Assembly (NCBI GenBank): GCA_030141605.1
Contig: JAQGDQ010000202.1
Location: forward strand, 156,099 to 220,098
Direction of reading: 5' to 3'
Length of the DNA: 64,000 nucleotides
DNA from: Tubiluchus corallicola
Lineage: Eukaryota; Animalia; Priapulida
Below, piece after piece: positions 49,101 through 63,430 of this stretch. The position numbers and the translations under genes are program-made. The notes under the pieces are model-generated. The model was given only the letters and a program-made list of their open reading frames with translations, ran no database searches and was not told the origin of the DNA. How positions within the stretch are numbered: position 1 is the first letter of the stretch; each line of letters opens with the position of its first letter.

Positions 49101-51007
49101 TTCAGAAAAATGAGTATATAGGATTTATTTGATATAATGTTTTCTTTTACAGGGTTTTCCTGCAGAATTTTCTATGTATCTCAATTACTGTCGAGGCTTG
49201 CGGTTTGAAGAAGCACCAGATTACATGTACCTACGTCAGCTGTTTAGGTCAGTTTGTTTATGTTTTTTAAAGTTAGTATTTTTTGTTTTTTATGTTCTTT
49301 TAGTAGTGATAAAAAAGTGAACTACTTAGTGCTTAAAACTACAGTTTTAAACAACGAAAAAAACTAAAAGCAATCAGCTTGGAATTTTGCATAATTTTCA
49401 TGTACCGTATTTTCCCGTGTATAAGAGACCCTTGTGTATAAGAGACCCCTTCAATTTTTAGGCAAAAATTCTGGAAAAAAATTTTTTGGTAATGAATAAC
49501 TTTATTCATCATAGAAATCATTAAATTCCTCATCACTCTCATCAAAAATATCAACTGCAATTCCAGCCAGTTCATCATCAGAGGAGTCACTCTGCTCAAA
49601 AATGGCATTGTCCTCTGTGCCGTCCATGGCATTGGAGATGCCACACTTCTTGAAAGATTTAATAATGACCTCTGGCTTTACACCATTCCATGCCTTGAGG
49701 ACCCAGCTGCAGACTTCTCCAAGGGTTGGCTTTCTTATCTTGCCAGTTGGTGTCAGATTGGAGTCGGCATCTTGCATCCACTTCGTGATTAATATTAATA
49801 ATTTTATCATTAGAATTTAGCCATGGAGAAGATTTATTGAAAGGAAACTATAATTATTCGAAATAAAACAGTTGTAGAGCACTTATTTCTTTAAAATCAT
49901 TAGTGTCACAATTTATGCATCTGATTGAAAAGACTTACTCCCGTGTATAAGAGACCCCCTATTTTTAAAGTGAAAATTCTGAGCAAAAAAGGGTCTCTTA
50001 TACACGGGAAAATACGGTACATGTTTTTACTACACAGCTTTGTAGGTGGTCAGAATTATAACTGGTAGCCAAATTTGACTGTTTTTTTTGTAGGATATTA
50101 TTTCGCACATTGAACCACCAGTATGATTACACATTTGACTGGACCATGTTAAAGCAGAAAGCGGCCGCAGCTGCAGCTACTGGTGCAAGTTCCAATGCGT
50201 TGCCTAATCCTACAGGCAATGCCTCAGGTCAGCAATATAACCATATTTATTAAATATTTTTTTCCTTTTCATGTTTTAAATGAAGAAATGGTGTTGGCTT
50301 CTTATTCGTGCTAGTTTCAGATTTTCCCTCATTTCCTGCCTACACACGCTGTAATTTTTAGTATATGTAACGGATTACCTCACGTTCGAGAACTTAGTGC
50401 ATTAACATTTTACATAAATTGAACTTGAACATAACAAGATAAGCATTTGGACCTTAAATCTGATTTATTATCAGCTATAAATGTGGGTATAGGAAATGTT
50501 GTCGAAATAACAGTTTACTGTACATTTTTGCAAAGTACGTAATAACCTTGTCAGATGGAACCAATAAATTCATAGTACAAATGGTTTCCAGAATTGTTAA
50601 AAAAGTTACAATTGTTTGTTGTGGTTACCAGCATTGCTTTATTAATAGGACTGCTTTATCAAATAACAGACATTGTTTTAATAAGTATAAATGACTTCTC
50701 ACTATGAATTTATGAGTTGCATTTGCTTAATCAGCTCAAATTATGTTTTCTGGGATAGGGTCTTTGATTTGGGCGAGTTAAATGAGCTTTTATTGTGGAT
50801 TCATGGATGTTTGTTTTTAGAAGTGCATACGATATAGCCGTTCTTCCCACTTTGAACGATGATGCTGTCATTTTTGTTGCATAAGGGCCCTTTTGGATGC
50901 AAGGCAATTGTGATTTCTGTTGTATATTGCATATAGCTTCAACTTGGCATCAGAAGGAAATGCAGTATTAATTAAAATTTTCGTATTTTGTTCGTATAGG
51001 TCGTTAG
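35723..51007 (+). CDS. CSNK1A1: Casein kinase I isoform alpha, 329 aa
   Basis: Exons 35723-35848, 39375-39481, 42048-42174, 46495-46593, 47465-47604, 47884-47962, 48571-48645, 49153-49247, 50094-50227 and 51000-51007 total 990 nt in frame. Motifs [63 protein letters not shown] and [13 protein letters not shown]. The tiny last exon (GT CGT TAG) is the least certain. Confidence 0.95.
38150..39079. mobile_element. Foldback/MITE with long inverted arms in CSNK1A1 intron 1
   Basis: 38150-38187 is the near-exact reverse complement of 39042-39079, and 38391-38477 is an imperfect reverse complement of 38963-39036. Confidence 0.75.
47291..47427 (+). pseudogene. Decayed tandem duplicate (pseudo-exon) of CSNK1A1 exon 5
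   Basis: Aligns codon for codon to 47465-47604 with one 3-nt deletion and an in-frame TGA. The acceptor CAG has become CTG and the donor is lost. Confidence 0.9.
49405..50017 (-). mobile_element. pogo/Tigger (Tc1-mariner superfamily) internal-deletion derivative in CSNK1A1 intron 8
   Basis: Perfect TIRs of about 29 bp (ccgtattttcccgtgtataagagaccctt), TA TSD and internal repeats of gtgtataagagacccc. The minus-strand ORF 49502-49810 encodes a pogo transposase C-terminus (WVLKAWNGV...[19 protein letters not shown] plus acidic tail). Confidence 0.93.
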
Positions 51008-52957
51008 CAAAGGTTGTTGATTTCTGGATCTCAGCAGTTGCATGTCTTGTCAGGGCAGAAACAGTGATAGGCATGCATGTATATTGCAAAGAACCAGAGT
51101 TTTCACGATTTAAGACCGTGATGGAAATGGAGAGTTTTCATTATCTAAGCATGGTTCATTTCTGCCCACTTACGCCGTGCAAGTAATAATTATTGTTGTT
51201 TGTACAGTGACTATGAAATGCATTGTTTGCGCTAATCTGGTAATGGTATTTTAAAATATTTTAGTTTCACCAGAATGTCTGTGCTGACCATTTACAGTAA
51301 CTTGTATGCAAAATTTACAATTAGAGCAAATTTCACAGTAGTGTAGACAATATCATTTTTGTATACATATTATAATATAAATATGTCTGTGTGTATGTTG
51401 ATTGCTTTGATGATTGTGTTGCATTGTAAATCTTCTATGTCAATGGTGGCATTTGTCATTTATATGTGTATGTAAAAATGTATTATAATATTCAGCCGTC
51501 ATTTTGACAAAGAACAGTGTCATTGTTTAATGTTTTTGAAAATTATTAATTTTAATAATAGGAAATTATAATTTTCATGAGAATGATTTTTGTGTTGTTA
51601 TCATGTTTTCATAACTATAATGATACAGCACTGTTTGAAGTATTATGACTGTGTGAGCAACCATATTTAAACTGTCGCATGTAAATGTGCCCCTGGTGGG
51701 TTAAATGCTTGTAAATGCAGTTATATTCTCTCATACTTGTAAACTTAGTGGACATGAATCAATTATGCATTGTGAGTATTTCACTGTCCTTTTAGTCTTG
51801 CTGCCATACCATGTACTATTTGCACCTGGGTTTTAAATTTTTGATTGTAGCTCGGTAATTTCAGTACAACAAACTGTTTTTCTAAATTATAAAATAATTT
51901 TGCTCGGTTGGTTCTTTTAGTAGATCGCTAGCTTCGTGTTGTGACACATTTCGCATTACATGGTGCATCCAGTGCATACATTGTTTTAGACGTGTAAACA
52001 TCTAAGATATAGTAGTTCTATATTGCCATTACGTGTTGATGGCTCTGAAAGTTGTGATTTGTAATTGCTGCTTTGCAGCTGTTTTATATTGCAACGATAC
52101 AACAGACTGCTTAACTTTATTCTGACATTTTCTGCAACACATTTTAATTAAAAATTGTTTTCTTTTAAAATTATTGATTTGTTTGCAATTAATAAATGTT
52201 GGACCCATGTGAAATTAAACAAATCGCATTGCAGTGGTATCTTTTTCGTTCACAACTCCAGAAGCGTCTTTTGTTGCATTTCTCGGGGCTTCTTGCAAAG
52301 AAAAAAACAGCGTTTGCTGGTCAGGCCATTTCACGTGACTGAGCAATGCATCTGGTATTGGTCGAGGAAGTCGGGCACGACACAAGCAATTTTTTAAACA
52401 TCAAAAAAACAAATTTACACTTGAAAAGCGACTTGACAATCAACAATATCAGCAGTGGTGTAGTTGTAAAAATTCATAACTTTTTTTATCGAGTGTATGC
52501 TCCAGTTTGCTGCCCCTCTACTATACCCAATGGTATCAGCAAGTGATGACTTGCCCCTTGTATTTCTCCCTCAACAAGATAGTCAGATGCAGTATGATAG
52601 ACACTCAAGCAGTTGTTTCAGGCTTGGGGCTGCTTAACTATTGTCGCAATGTTCGTTCCCATTCAATTATTCCCTGCCCCAGATGGCCTATAACATGATA
52701 CATAGCTTATAGGCCATAGATCATTACATAAATTTTTAACTCTGTGAATTGAACCTCTTGCAGGGGAAGCAAGCACATTTGTAGCAGTGTAGATGTTTTG
52801 TAATATTAGAAACTTACTTTAAAATATTAAAAACACGAGGAAAAAACAGCAGCATATCAATACAATTAAGATTAACAAATTGTTACAATGCATAATTATA
52901 ATAATGTACATACTTAGTTTTCAATACATATCTCAGCACCTAGTGTATAATAAAGCA

Positions 52958-55900
52958 TCACTTGCGGCTTTTCCTATTTCTTCTTGTTTTTGTTATGACT
53001 CGACCAGTTGTTAGTCGTTCATTGTCTTGATTACTAGCACTTTCCCATTCTTCTTGTAGTCTTTCTAGCATTTTTGGTGTAATAAGTCCTTTTTGAATGA
53101 GCCGCCTTGTCAGACTTCCTTGTCCATACTTTGAACTCTTGGAACTTTGGATCATGTTTACGTATTTCTGATTGTCAAACTGTTCGTCATCGTCATCTTG
53201 GGAATCCTTTTTAGTGTCCAACTGGTGGCCCAGAAGTGCAGTTCCTCGTAATCTGCCAGACACTGATGGTGTTTTTAGCTCATCAGCATCAACTGGCGCA
53301 GACTGTGGTTTGATAATAAACTCATCATCCTCTGCACCTCCTAAAAATAAATAATGAATCATTTACTAACTAATTAAAATTCAAGTTGAATAACTGCAGA
53401 ATAATCTTGCTAATTTTTGCAGTGGATATAAAGCCTGCATATCTTGACTAAATTGACAAACTTTCCAAAGGTGTCAAATAGTGTGTAAAAAGTAAGCCAG
53501 CAAGAAGGGAGAGATTGCATCTTAGGTAACATGTTCTTGGTTAATCATGTGACCTGTAATTGAAATTGATTTAAAATGTTAATGTAACCCATAGGCAAAT
53601 TCGACAAAGGGTGGCACATTCTAAGACTAGGACACTAGCCTTTTTTATAGTGTGGTTAGTGATACTCAAATGACAGACACACTGCGCCTAGTACATTTTC
53701 TGAATTTTTTTATCGTTAAGATCGGCAACCTATGACCATTATTATTTTTGTATTTTCTCTGATATTTTCATATGCTTTGTTGAAAAAGGAGCAGATATAA
53801 TTTCAAAGTCTGTGTGGCCCAGGCCAGCTCTCCCATTTTCACAAAAAACCTAATAAGTCTATTTCTGGGCAAAACTGTATTACCGGTATCAGAGCAAATG
53901 ATGCGCAGCTTATTAACCGAGTTATTGGCAAATTAAAAACTCAGTAAGTCCATTTTTGCTCAAATTTTCAGACAAACCTAGTAAGTCCACAGCAGCATCC
54001 TTTCCAGCCAATCACCAGGTGCATTGCAATTATGCAGTCAAGAGCTGCTATACACGTGAAACATCTAAGCAGGCCGTTCAAGCCTTTTTGGGTAATGTAG
54101 TAAATGTGTGGCACTTCTGTAGCTAAGGCAGTTTGCGCTGTTTCTGTGTGTTGGAAAGCTTAGGTAGTGGATTGAATGACAACTCTGTCTTGCTTGAGTG
54201 CAAGTAGGAACCTAGCAAATCTATCTTTTTAAAAACAAACAAAATGCGTGGGAAGTACATTTTGAGTTCTGCTGCAATAACGCACCCTAAGTCTATTAAT
54301 TTAAAAACTGCATTCAATATTAAACTTTTATTTTTCTTTTACAAAATAATTAAACACTTTTAACGAGTGTTGGCAAGTTCTCATTTCTGCCAAACTAGCT
54401 GAAGTGAACTTGCCAGGTATTACTAGAAAATGGGAGACTGCATACGCACTCTTCCTCATGGAAAGTGAGTATTATATATTTAAACTCGTGATCAAACAAA
54501 TAAACGGGTGAAATAAAATTTCTAAAACATGCATAGTAAAGATTTTTTTGTTTTTTCGGATTCTGAGTAGGGATCAGTGCAATCAGGGACATTAAATGCA
54601 TTTCAAGGACATTATACTGCATTTAAGTACTGGTTGTTAACAAAATATGGACGTAGCACCTATTTGTATTGCATGTTAAAAATTCTAAATGCTTGCACGT
54701 TTACAATTATGATCTTTCACACAGTATTAATTTTTCTGAAAATGAGTTGCTGTCAAGTACTTTGCACATATTTAATCGTCAATAAAATGTGACCTTCGTA
54801 ACAAATTTTGGCATTACCAATAATAATAACTTTTTGTACTGCAGCAGGCACAACAAGATCTCAGATCACCCTGCTAGCTGTAATATGCTAAACTAGGAGT
54901 GGCTGGCATACTTGTTGTGATTCCATATGTAGCTTTTGTCTCACATCAAAAAATTCGTTTTGAAAATTTGAGACCTACCTGTCCTCGTTGACACTGGAGT
55001 TTCGGTATTCTTTAACAGTTTTGTAATGTTAAATACTCCAAGCTGTATGATTTCATCTAGCTCTCCTTGCATATCTCTTGCAGTTACTGAATCCGGAAAC
55101 ATGTCTTCAAATCGATAACTATACAATACAAAATGTAATTATTGTGAAGATTTATGTAGTTGAGCTGCAGACGGCTCTCAGAATTTCACATACACTATCA
55201 CAAATATTCCAAAAATACAAACCACGATGCCATTTACGTATGCGTAAATTTTCTCTACCAAAAATCAGCATAACTATAATGACAAAAAATCCCAAACATA
55301 CAGCATGGTTGCCTATTTATGCTGAGTGAGCAACTTGTTTTTATGCATTTCTTGTTGTTAGAGTGACAGCTTATTGATACAGTAGTCACCACTTCATAAA
55401 ATCACCACTGGACCAGCAATAAGAGGTCTTACTAAACAGCGGTTTTATTATGCAACAGTCTGTTCCAAGCGTGTGTATGTAGCAAAGCACATATGCTCAC
55501 ATATGTTCACTAATGTTATTTATATGCACTACCTTTATTTTTGACATCAGTTCTGTAAAAATGTATTGGCTGTGAATTTTCGCTACAAGTGGTTAGTTTT
55601 GCCTAAATTTGTTTTTTATTTTCTCACTTGAGGGAGCCACCAACTTGATTGGGCAGACGAGCAATTACTGGCAGATTGGGTCGCTTAGCTGGTTATTGCA
55701 GAGACCTGGCACCTTGTTTACAAATTTACTAATTTTGGTGAGGAAATGCAACTTATTACATTAGAAATTTCATGTCATGCTTCATGAACAATGTGCTTTA
55801 TATGGGCAGCGGAATGAAGTAAGTAAATTCATTGTTTTGTTACTATGAGAGAGAATTTTGTTTTGTAACTACAATTCAGATTTCTGTAAACTTGGATCAC

Positions 55901-58900
55901 AGCAAATTTTACGTTCTTTGGAAAATAAATACCTCTCAGTAAACTCCACATGCAAGGAACTTTCGTGTTTGCTGTTTCTACAGTTCTATTTATTCCAAAA
56001 TTTAATCTGTTTGCCTGACATAATTTAATGTGTTACAAGCTCAGGTAGACAAGGGGAAGTCAGCTTGCATGCCTAAGGAATGGGTCAAGCGTAAAACAAT
56101 AATTCAAGTTATTCAACAGATTAAGTGTACTTTAGCAGCTTTACATACAGAGTAACGAAACAATGAACTTTAACTTCCAGTGTGACTTTGACAAAGAGGT
56201 GATTCTACGAAAAGGGACTTAAATTTCAACTGTGTATCTCAAACCACTAAGAATACATTCTATTTTCTCACGTGATTACTTTTGCTGCCTATTACTGAAA
56301 TACGTGGTCTTATTAAATGACGCACTGGTTTTGTTAACTAAATTTTCTAACAATAGTTTCCACGGAAGTAAGTCCCGACTGTGCTTAAAATGGTTCTAAA
56401 ATGCGACTGGTTTTATTAAGTGGCAACTGCTGTAGTAGATTTATATAGTGACAATGGCACTAGTCAAATATTTACTCAGAGAAAACATATACAGATATGT
56501 CATTGTGGCTTGAGTTTTTTCAGAAACTTGGTAGGAATGCAATTCTGAGACATTTACTAATAAAAAACACACTGTACATAATAATTACAAACCTATTAAA
56601 TGATGCACTTAGCGTTGAATTAGACAAGCAGAAACAGACCTGTATTGCAGAATTTTTGTTTAGCTTCACATCACATTTAATAATTACACATCACAGTATG
56701 CGCTCAATCAATAAAGTAAAATAATTGAAATCAAAAAACCTGCTACTGAAGTCAAGAACTGACGCTTTGCTTACCTTAACCACAAATAGAGATCCAAGAC
56801 ATCAAATACTGCTTCCAAATGAACTAAATCCATGATGGTAGTTGGAGGTTGGAATGGCCATCCGCAATGACGACAGAGCCAATCAAATGTAACTGCTTCC
56901 CCTCTACTGTACTGCCGTGCAAACTAAAGCAATAATATGTGATAACAAAATCTGTTGCTTTTCCAAATTTAAGCACCAAAGTTATAAAAATCAAGCGAAT
57001 GTAGTTGCATCTATAAGCAAAGTTAAAAAATAATAATTCTGTCATTTTTTCTGGACTTTCTTTACGCAAAGATGCCATTTCCTGTCCTGTACTTCAAAAC
57101 TTCCAAATATTAAGCATGGTTCACACTTTATGATGACTTCCTAGGTAAGTGCACAGATAAAGTTACTTTTGGACTTTCCTTATACAAGGGTGCCATTACT
57201 TGCTTGCATTTCAAAATTTCCAATATTAAGCATGATTCACATTTTATGGTGATTTCATAATTAATAATACTTTTCCCCATACCTAGATACCATTACCTGT
57301 CATGTACATTTACATTTTTAAGTTGAGAAATAACAAAAGTTCTAAATATTTTTAATTCGCCCACGTAAAACATAGTTTTGCAGTAAGGAAAGCAAATATT
57401 TGTTCTTTTTAGCATCCTAAAATTTAATATCCAATATTTCTCTTTAGTATCCTCATCATTCGATAGTTAATCTTATCAAAATGTTTTTCTAGATATCAAC
57501 AATATTTGCTTAAAAAATTAAAACATACCTTCAAGAAAATTGTACAGACAAAAGGCATTTTCTTGTTGATTGGAGCACAACAGAAAACATAACGAGCTCG
57601 AAGTTCAAGAGGTACATGTTGTATCATGTCTGCTAGAAATTTGAAGTCGTCAACATTACACATGAAGTAACTTGTTTGATCTACTTGGGAAAGACTAACA
57701 AATATGTCCTAGAAAATGTAAAATAATGCTGTTAAACTGGCAAGGTCAAAATAAAAACATGCTATAAAAATATACACAGTTACAATTTCACAGTATTGTT
57801 TTAAAAATGGTTTTGAAAAGAGAAGTTTTGTAAATACATAAAAATTTAATATCATAATTAACGGCAGCTTGAATTTCAATTTACTGTGCTCATTACAACT
57901 GGGCAACACTAGCACATCTTTTCTTAGCATAATTTTCATTAAATTTTTATTTTTTTCTCAATATCATTGATGTTGGTAAAATTGCATTTAATCAGTATTA
58001 ACTAATACTAACTATGTATACATACTATTAAATTTGACAAAGTTGCATTTGGCAAATGGTAAGCAAACAATTCAATTTGCTCTGCTGTTGGATGTAGACC
58101 AGCTGCCTGTAAACAAACGTCATGTTACAAATCTGCGTAACTAAAAAAGAAACTCAGATGTTGTCGACCATTATGTATAAATTTTTGATGCTGTTTGCAA
58201 ACTTTCACAAACAATATGTTTATTAAAATCGCTAATGTGTTACAACTGATTTTTATAAAAAGAAGGTACATGTTACTACAAATAGACCCATAATAACACA
58301 AAAATTGATAATACACTTGATAACTGTATATGCATGACTGAGCAACAGGTATCCATATATTGTGAGTTTTTTTATCTTAATAGAGAAAATCATGGAACTA
58401 TATATTTTCATTTTCATAGTGCCAACGATCTGCGTCTACGAATGTCGATGTCCGAGCCACCTCTATCACTGAATCACGCATCCAACCAACTTACATAGGA
58501 GCAATACGGTTGTAAATTATAGTTACAACTTCTATTATAATGTTTAGGAGACTCTACAAAACTGTAATTTCAAAATGGAAGCCAAGCGAATATTATCTAG
58601 GGAATGAGGTACTTCTAGGTGCTGAAAAACAATAATTTTATACCACACATACTTCAACGTTCTCTATTGGCATTGAGAGAATATTTTTTAAAGTAGGAAG
58701 ATCTTCTGATTTGAATGTGGTCACTTCACCATCAGCATATTGTGTTCCATATCTACCTGCTCTCCCAGCTATTTGTAATGCCTATCAGAAAAAATGAATA
58801 ATAAAAACCTAAGATTTGATAGAACTGCAATTTAAAATAGCTCCAAAACCCTTTTTAATGATTTATAAATGTACTGGCAATCTAAGTAAAGAACACGTAA

Positions 58901-61100
58901 AATAAAAAAACCTATATTTTTCTGATTAAAAAAAACGACAACCAAACCTAGTCAGCTGATCTCGGTTAGTTTCTTAATAAAAAGTTGGTCAACACAAGAA
59001 CAAATTTAGAACTAAAACCGTTTTAATACTTAGCTAAGCTTAAATATATGCATATATACATCAAAAATGAACAAAACTGCTTCATACAAGAACTAAACAA
59101 ATTAAAATGACACTAAACTTAATTAGAGTGAGATAAGTATTACTGAAGGAGGAAGATAGACAAACAGAAATCTGTGTCTTGTGCTCAGGCTCATGTCTTT
59201 ATTGACATTTCTGACTGTTTCAAGTCTAAACAAAATTCAGTTACAAAAGGTAAAACATACATAGTCTCCTCAGATTTGGATGCATTAGCATTAGCCATTT
59301 CTCTATTTCAGGACAGTTCCACAAATCGTGCTAAAAAATTACCTGTGACGTTGTTATCGAGTCCATTTCTTTCTCTCCATTCTCATTTATTGTTGGTTTG
59401 ATAAGAGAATAAAATATAATCCTTTTTATACTCCTACAAGTGAAGCAAAAATAAAAATGCAGATATAATCACAAAATTTATTCCTATCTGTTAAAAACTT
59501 GACATAACGAGTGTAAATATTTATATTATTTTTAAGACATTCTGCCACAGCAAATAGCTGATTGGCCACTGTGTATACTAACAGGCTGAAGTTAAGCACT
59601 ACTAGAAAATCTGCTTATACATGGTTCTGATCGAGTTGTAAGAAGGCGGCTAAGATGCCTCAGCTGGTTGAATATCTCCATCTGCCAGGAAGTGAAAAAG
59701 GTTCCGATTTAATCACAATCACCAACATACTAACTATGACCTGTTATTTGAGTGTGAACAACTGCAAACCATTTTTTATGCCTACCCAGTAATCAAACAG
59801 TTCTAGTTTATAAAGTCATGAACTTTTAGAATTAGAATTTGGAGTTTGAAGAACGAAGAAAATGACAATATTCACATTGCACATTTATTAGACTAAGTTT
59901 TACAGTGTACTATTTTATTTTGCAATGTAAAAATGAAAACAATGTAGTATTTTCTGCCTTAACCAGCCTATTATATTAGTTATAAGAGAGCAGTAAACGA
60001 GTTTGTTGTTAATAATGTCCAACACTAGACATAATTCTCTACTCAGCTTAGCATGCAATTTTGTTACCAGTAATTGTAATAATTCAAAGAGGCACTGACT
60101 ACAATTAAATTTTGCATATTGTAAGATAACTGATACTTGGTAACTTATGTTGTAAATAAAATAAGTTTGCTTACCCATCTCCATAAATTATTTTACCTTA
60201 ATTCACTATAGATTAAATCCAAAAAATAAAAATTACTTCAGCTGCAAAATATTGGGTTTTGAATTGAGATAGTGTGAATTGGGAAGTTGACCAATACTGT
60301 AAAGTGTTGATTTTCAAGGTATAGTTAGATTTGAAGCTCGTGATAATACATAAACAAAAATATGATAAAATGACTTACAAATTTAATCCCATTCCAATGG
60401 CATCTGTAGCAATCATGACTTTACAAGGATTTGCTGGGTCATTGAACTTCTTTGCTTGAGCAAGTTTTGTCCCTGAACAAAAATGGTTCATAGTGTTACA
60501 TCATACTGGAGAGCCCAAAAAACAGTATATATACAAACTTGACTGAAAACTGAAATTACGGTAAAATAGACAAATTACCTGATAAGTACAAACAGTAAAT
60601 AATGTATAATAATAATATGAAGAATAGCCACACCTGGAGGAAGTCCACCATATATGACAGCACATTCTTGACCAAGGCTTTCTATTCGTCGGCTTATAGC
60701 ATAAATATCACGTTTACTGAAGCAAACTATGCAATCTCCGTCACTTATGTTATTGAAATTATCTGCAACACAGATCAAAGCAGATAAAAATCAGTCAGTG
60801 TTAATAAGTAGTTGTATTTCAACTCCATTTAACTTCAGTTAATATTCAAAATCTCACAAAAAGCATTAAAATCATAATGTACTGTTTAAATTACTTGCAG
60901 AAAATATTAGTATTTCCAAGAAAATTAAAAATAATGGTGCTGATCAGAAGTAAATAAATTATTTTATTTCACATTACAATCAATTCATGTATTATCTAAT
61001 GGCACACCTAGTTCATATTTTTTTGTTTGCTATTTTTATTGGGATACAATTTACAATTGGGATAAAACTATAGTAGCAGAACTGTTGAAACTTATGTGCT

Positions 61101-61149
<49 letters not shown>

Positions 61150-63430
61150 AAGGTGCATTGCTGGAGTTCACTTAACCTTTGACCTGCAGCATCTGCACGT
61201 GCACACAACGAAACTGTGAAAAGGCTTATTGGTGTAAGTTTCATTAATTTTGCCTTACTCAACTTACTGTTGTGTGTTATGGGGCAGAACTTATCCTACG
61301 AACCTGGTTATCTTAAATAGACATCAAAGAAAATTTCTCCGTATTATGAATAGTCTCTCAAAATATACAACAATACCTAAATCACTATTTCGAAACAGTA
61401 ATATTTTAATTTTAGAAGATTTAATTTTATTTAATCTCTCTACGTATACGTATAAAACACATTTCTGTTTGTTTCCAACTACTTTCATTAATCCAGTATT
61501 ATGTAGCCAAACACAATATAGCACACGTTTTAATGAATATCTTATACCCTACTGTAGAACAAATCTTGGTAGACATTTTCTTAAATTCACAGCCCCCTTA
61601 CAATGGAATAATATTCCTCCAAACGTAAAAAGCAGCAAATCTATAAATATTTTTAAAAAATCTTTGAAACGTCATATGTTTTTGTCTAATAAGGAATGAT
61701 CCACTTAGTTGGTGATTCAAACCGGTCATTTAGCATCCATCTGCCAGTTTTATGTCAAAAATCAGTTGCAGCTAATGTGAACATGGTCAATTTTTTCTTA
61801 TTTGAGGTTTTCTTTTGACTTCTTCTTTCTATCTACTAACTGCAACATAGCTCTTTTTTTCTCATCATCTACCTTCTTCATTCATTATTTCACATTTCAT
61901 GGTGGCTTAACAAGGTCCCCTTTTTAGCTACTATGCAGCAAACTTCAACACCTTAATATAGTATTTCTAGGGAATCAGACCTTATTTTACATTTTTTTGC
62001 TATTTTCAATTATATAAGATGTTGTTCTTGTACATTTGTATTATTGTAGCTTGCTGGTGAAATAAACTGAATTTGAATTTGAATTTGTTATTTCACATGG
62101 ACTTTATTTAATTAGCCTGTGCCTGTTGTGATTTACTAGCAGGAGCTTGCTTGGGAACAAGAAAAAATCAACTAGGCAAGGCACTAGCTAGCTGTTAAAA
62201 CTGATACAATTACGATAGCGTTTGCTGCGAGGCGTTGTCAAGTGTACACAAATGTGTTGTCTAGGTCACTTCCTTTGACCTTTTGACGATCATCGTCAAT
62301 TGCTGGACCTGTGAAAAGGCTTATTATATTAATTTCTTTTGAGTCACCCAATACATTTAGGTAAATGTTAGAACTCACCAACAGCTTCATCTAATATTTC
62401 AAGTTTAGTAAGACGTTTGTATTTCCTAAGCTCGAGCTCTTCACCAATAGACATACAGATATCCCTCACTAGATCAACAGCCGCTTCTTCCCCACATAAA
62501 TGTATCTCCTCTGCACAAATACCTGTTAGCAGATGCATCAGTATTCAATTAATATGTTTCAGCAGCAAGGGTGCTTTAGAACAAATGTGAGCAAAAAAGC
62601 TTAAAACAGTGCTCTTTATAATAAAGGAAGTAAATGCTAACACATGAGCAATTAAGTGCAGCTATTTTCACAAATATGTTCAGAATTCACCTTGACAATG
62701 ATGGTAGCGCATGAGAGTTAGAAAAATCCATAGTAGATTTCCATAACAATCAAGAAAATTCAATGGGCACAAAGTCTCATACCTATAATAAGTTTTCACT
62801 AATATGCAACTACAAAGGAGCTGCAACTGCAAGTACTTATCTGCAATTTCAAAGGAAGATAATGTTCTCTTTTTTTTGTCCTGAACAGGTAAGTCACCAG
62901 TCAAGGTACGGAGAAATTTATCATCAGAAAACACTCATGGCTGGTTTCCAGGTGAATATTGTTCAGTACTTACAAGGTTAACCATAGCAATTCGATGTTA
63001 GTAAATTTGTCTAGTTATACTATTTCCACTAACTCCTGCAAAAGATGCCACACAAGTGCTCAATTTTCCTTTATAATTATTTTTCCAATAATTAAAGTGC
63101 AAGCACCTAATTTTTTAATTTGCAAGTATTCAATGTTTTAACTCATTTTGTGGCCAAGCATCTAACTCACATTAATAAACAAAGTGATTAAAATTGATTT
63201 CCACAATAAACAAAATAAATTTCAAAGTTTTAATCAATACCAAGCAGTGCTCGTGTCCACGCCCAGCCACGCCCATTATCTCTTAACATTTGAACTTCAT
63301 CTATCACCGCTACTTCATATGGCGTTGTAGAACTTGACATTTCTACAGTGCAAGAAACATGGTTAGCTGCTGAACCATCAGGATTGGCATATCGTCTTTC
63401 TTCTCCCGTGACTAAATCACAAGGCGTGCC
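52958..63430 (-). CDS. SUPV3L1: ATP-dependent RNA helicase SUV3, mitochondrial; 5' exons lie beyond the window
   Basis: Minus-strand exons 63241-63430, 62379-62522, 60634-60762, 60379-60472, 59343-59433, 58653-58781, 58026-58106, 57529-57708, 56775-56923, 54979-55118 and 52958-53340 join in frame. Motifs [82 protein letters not shown] and [13 protein letters not shown]. Confidence 0.95.
55380..56432. mobile_element. Old Tc1/mariner-type (Tigger-like) element in a SUV3 intron
   Basis: TA-flanked degenerate TIRs cagtagtcaccacttcataaaatc / ggttttattaagtggcaactgctg. Confidence 0.6.
57073..57320. repeat. Degenerate intronic tandem repeat (about 118-bp period, two copies plus a partial)
   Basis: tgccatt...caaaa(c/t)ttcca...atattaagcatg(g/a)ttcaca occurs at 57073 and 57191, with a partial copy at 57289. 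Confidence 0.65.
61240..62087 (+). mobile_element. 5'-truncated L2/Crack-group LINE (ORF2 C-terminus and 3' UTR) in a SUV3 intron
   Basis: ORF 61250-61699 contains YCCVLWG, QRKFLRI and [21 protein letters not shown]...FKKSLK; the tail is aataaact(gaattt)n. Confidence 0.85.

Noticed and set aside
52958-55126. ORFs 52958-53362 and 54941-55126 as a separate small gene
   Set aside because: They splice in frame onto SUV3 (YLWLS|YRF; GLITPKML...EW) and are its last two exons.
59643-59712. tRNA-like A and B boxes (cctcagctggtt...ggttccgatt)
   Set aside because: No cloverleaf; at most a decayed SINE head, too weak to call.
61147-62326. ctgtgaaaaggcttatt at 61214 and 62309 as the TSD of the LINE
   Set aside because: The second copy is over 200 nt beyond the LINE tail; more likely the ends of two small related elements, boundaries unresolved.
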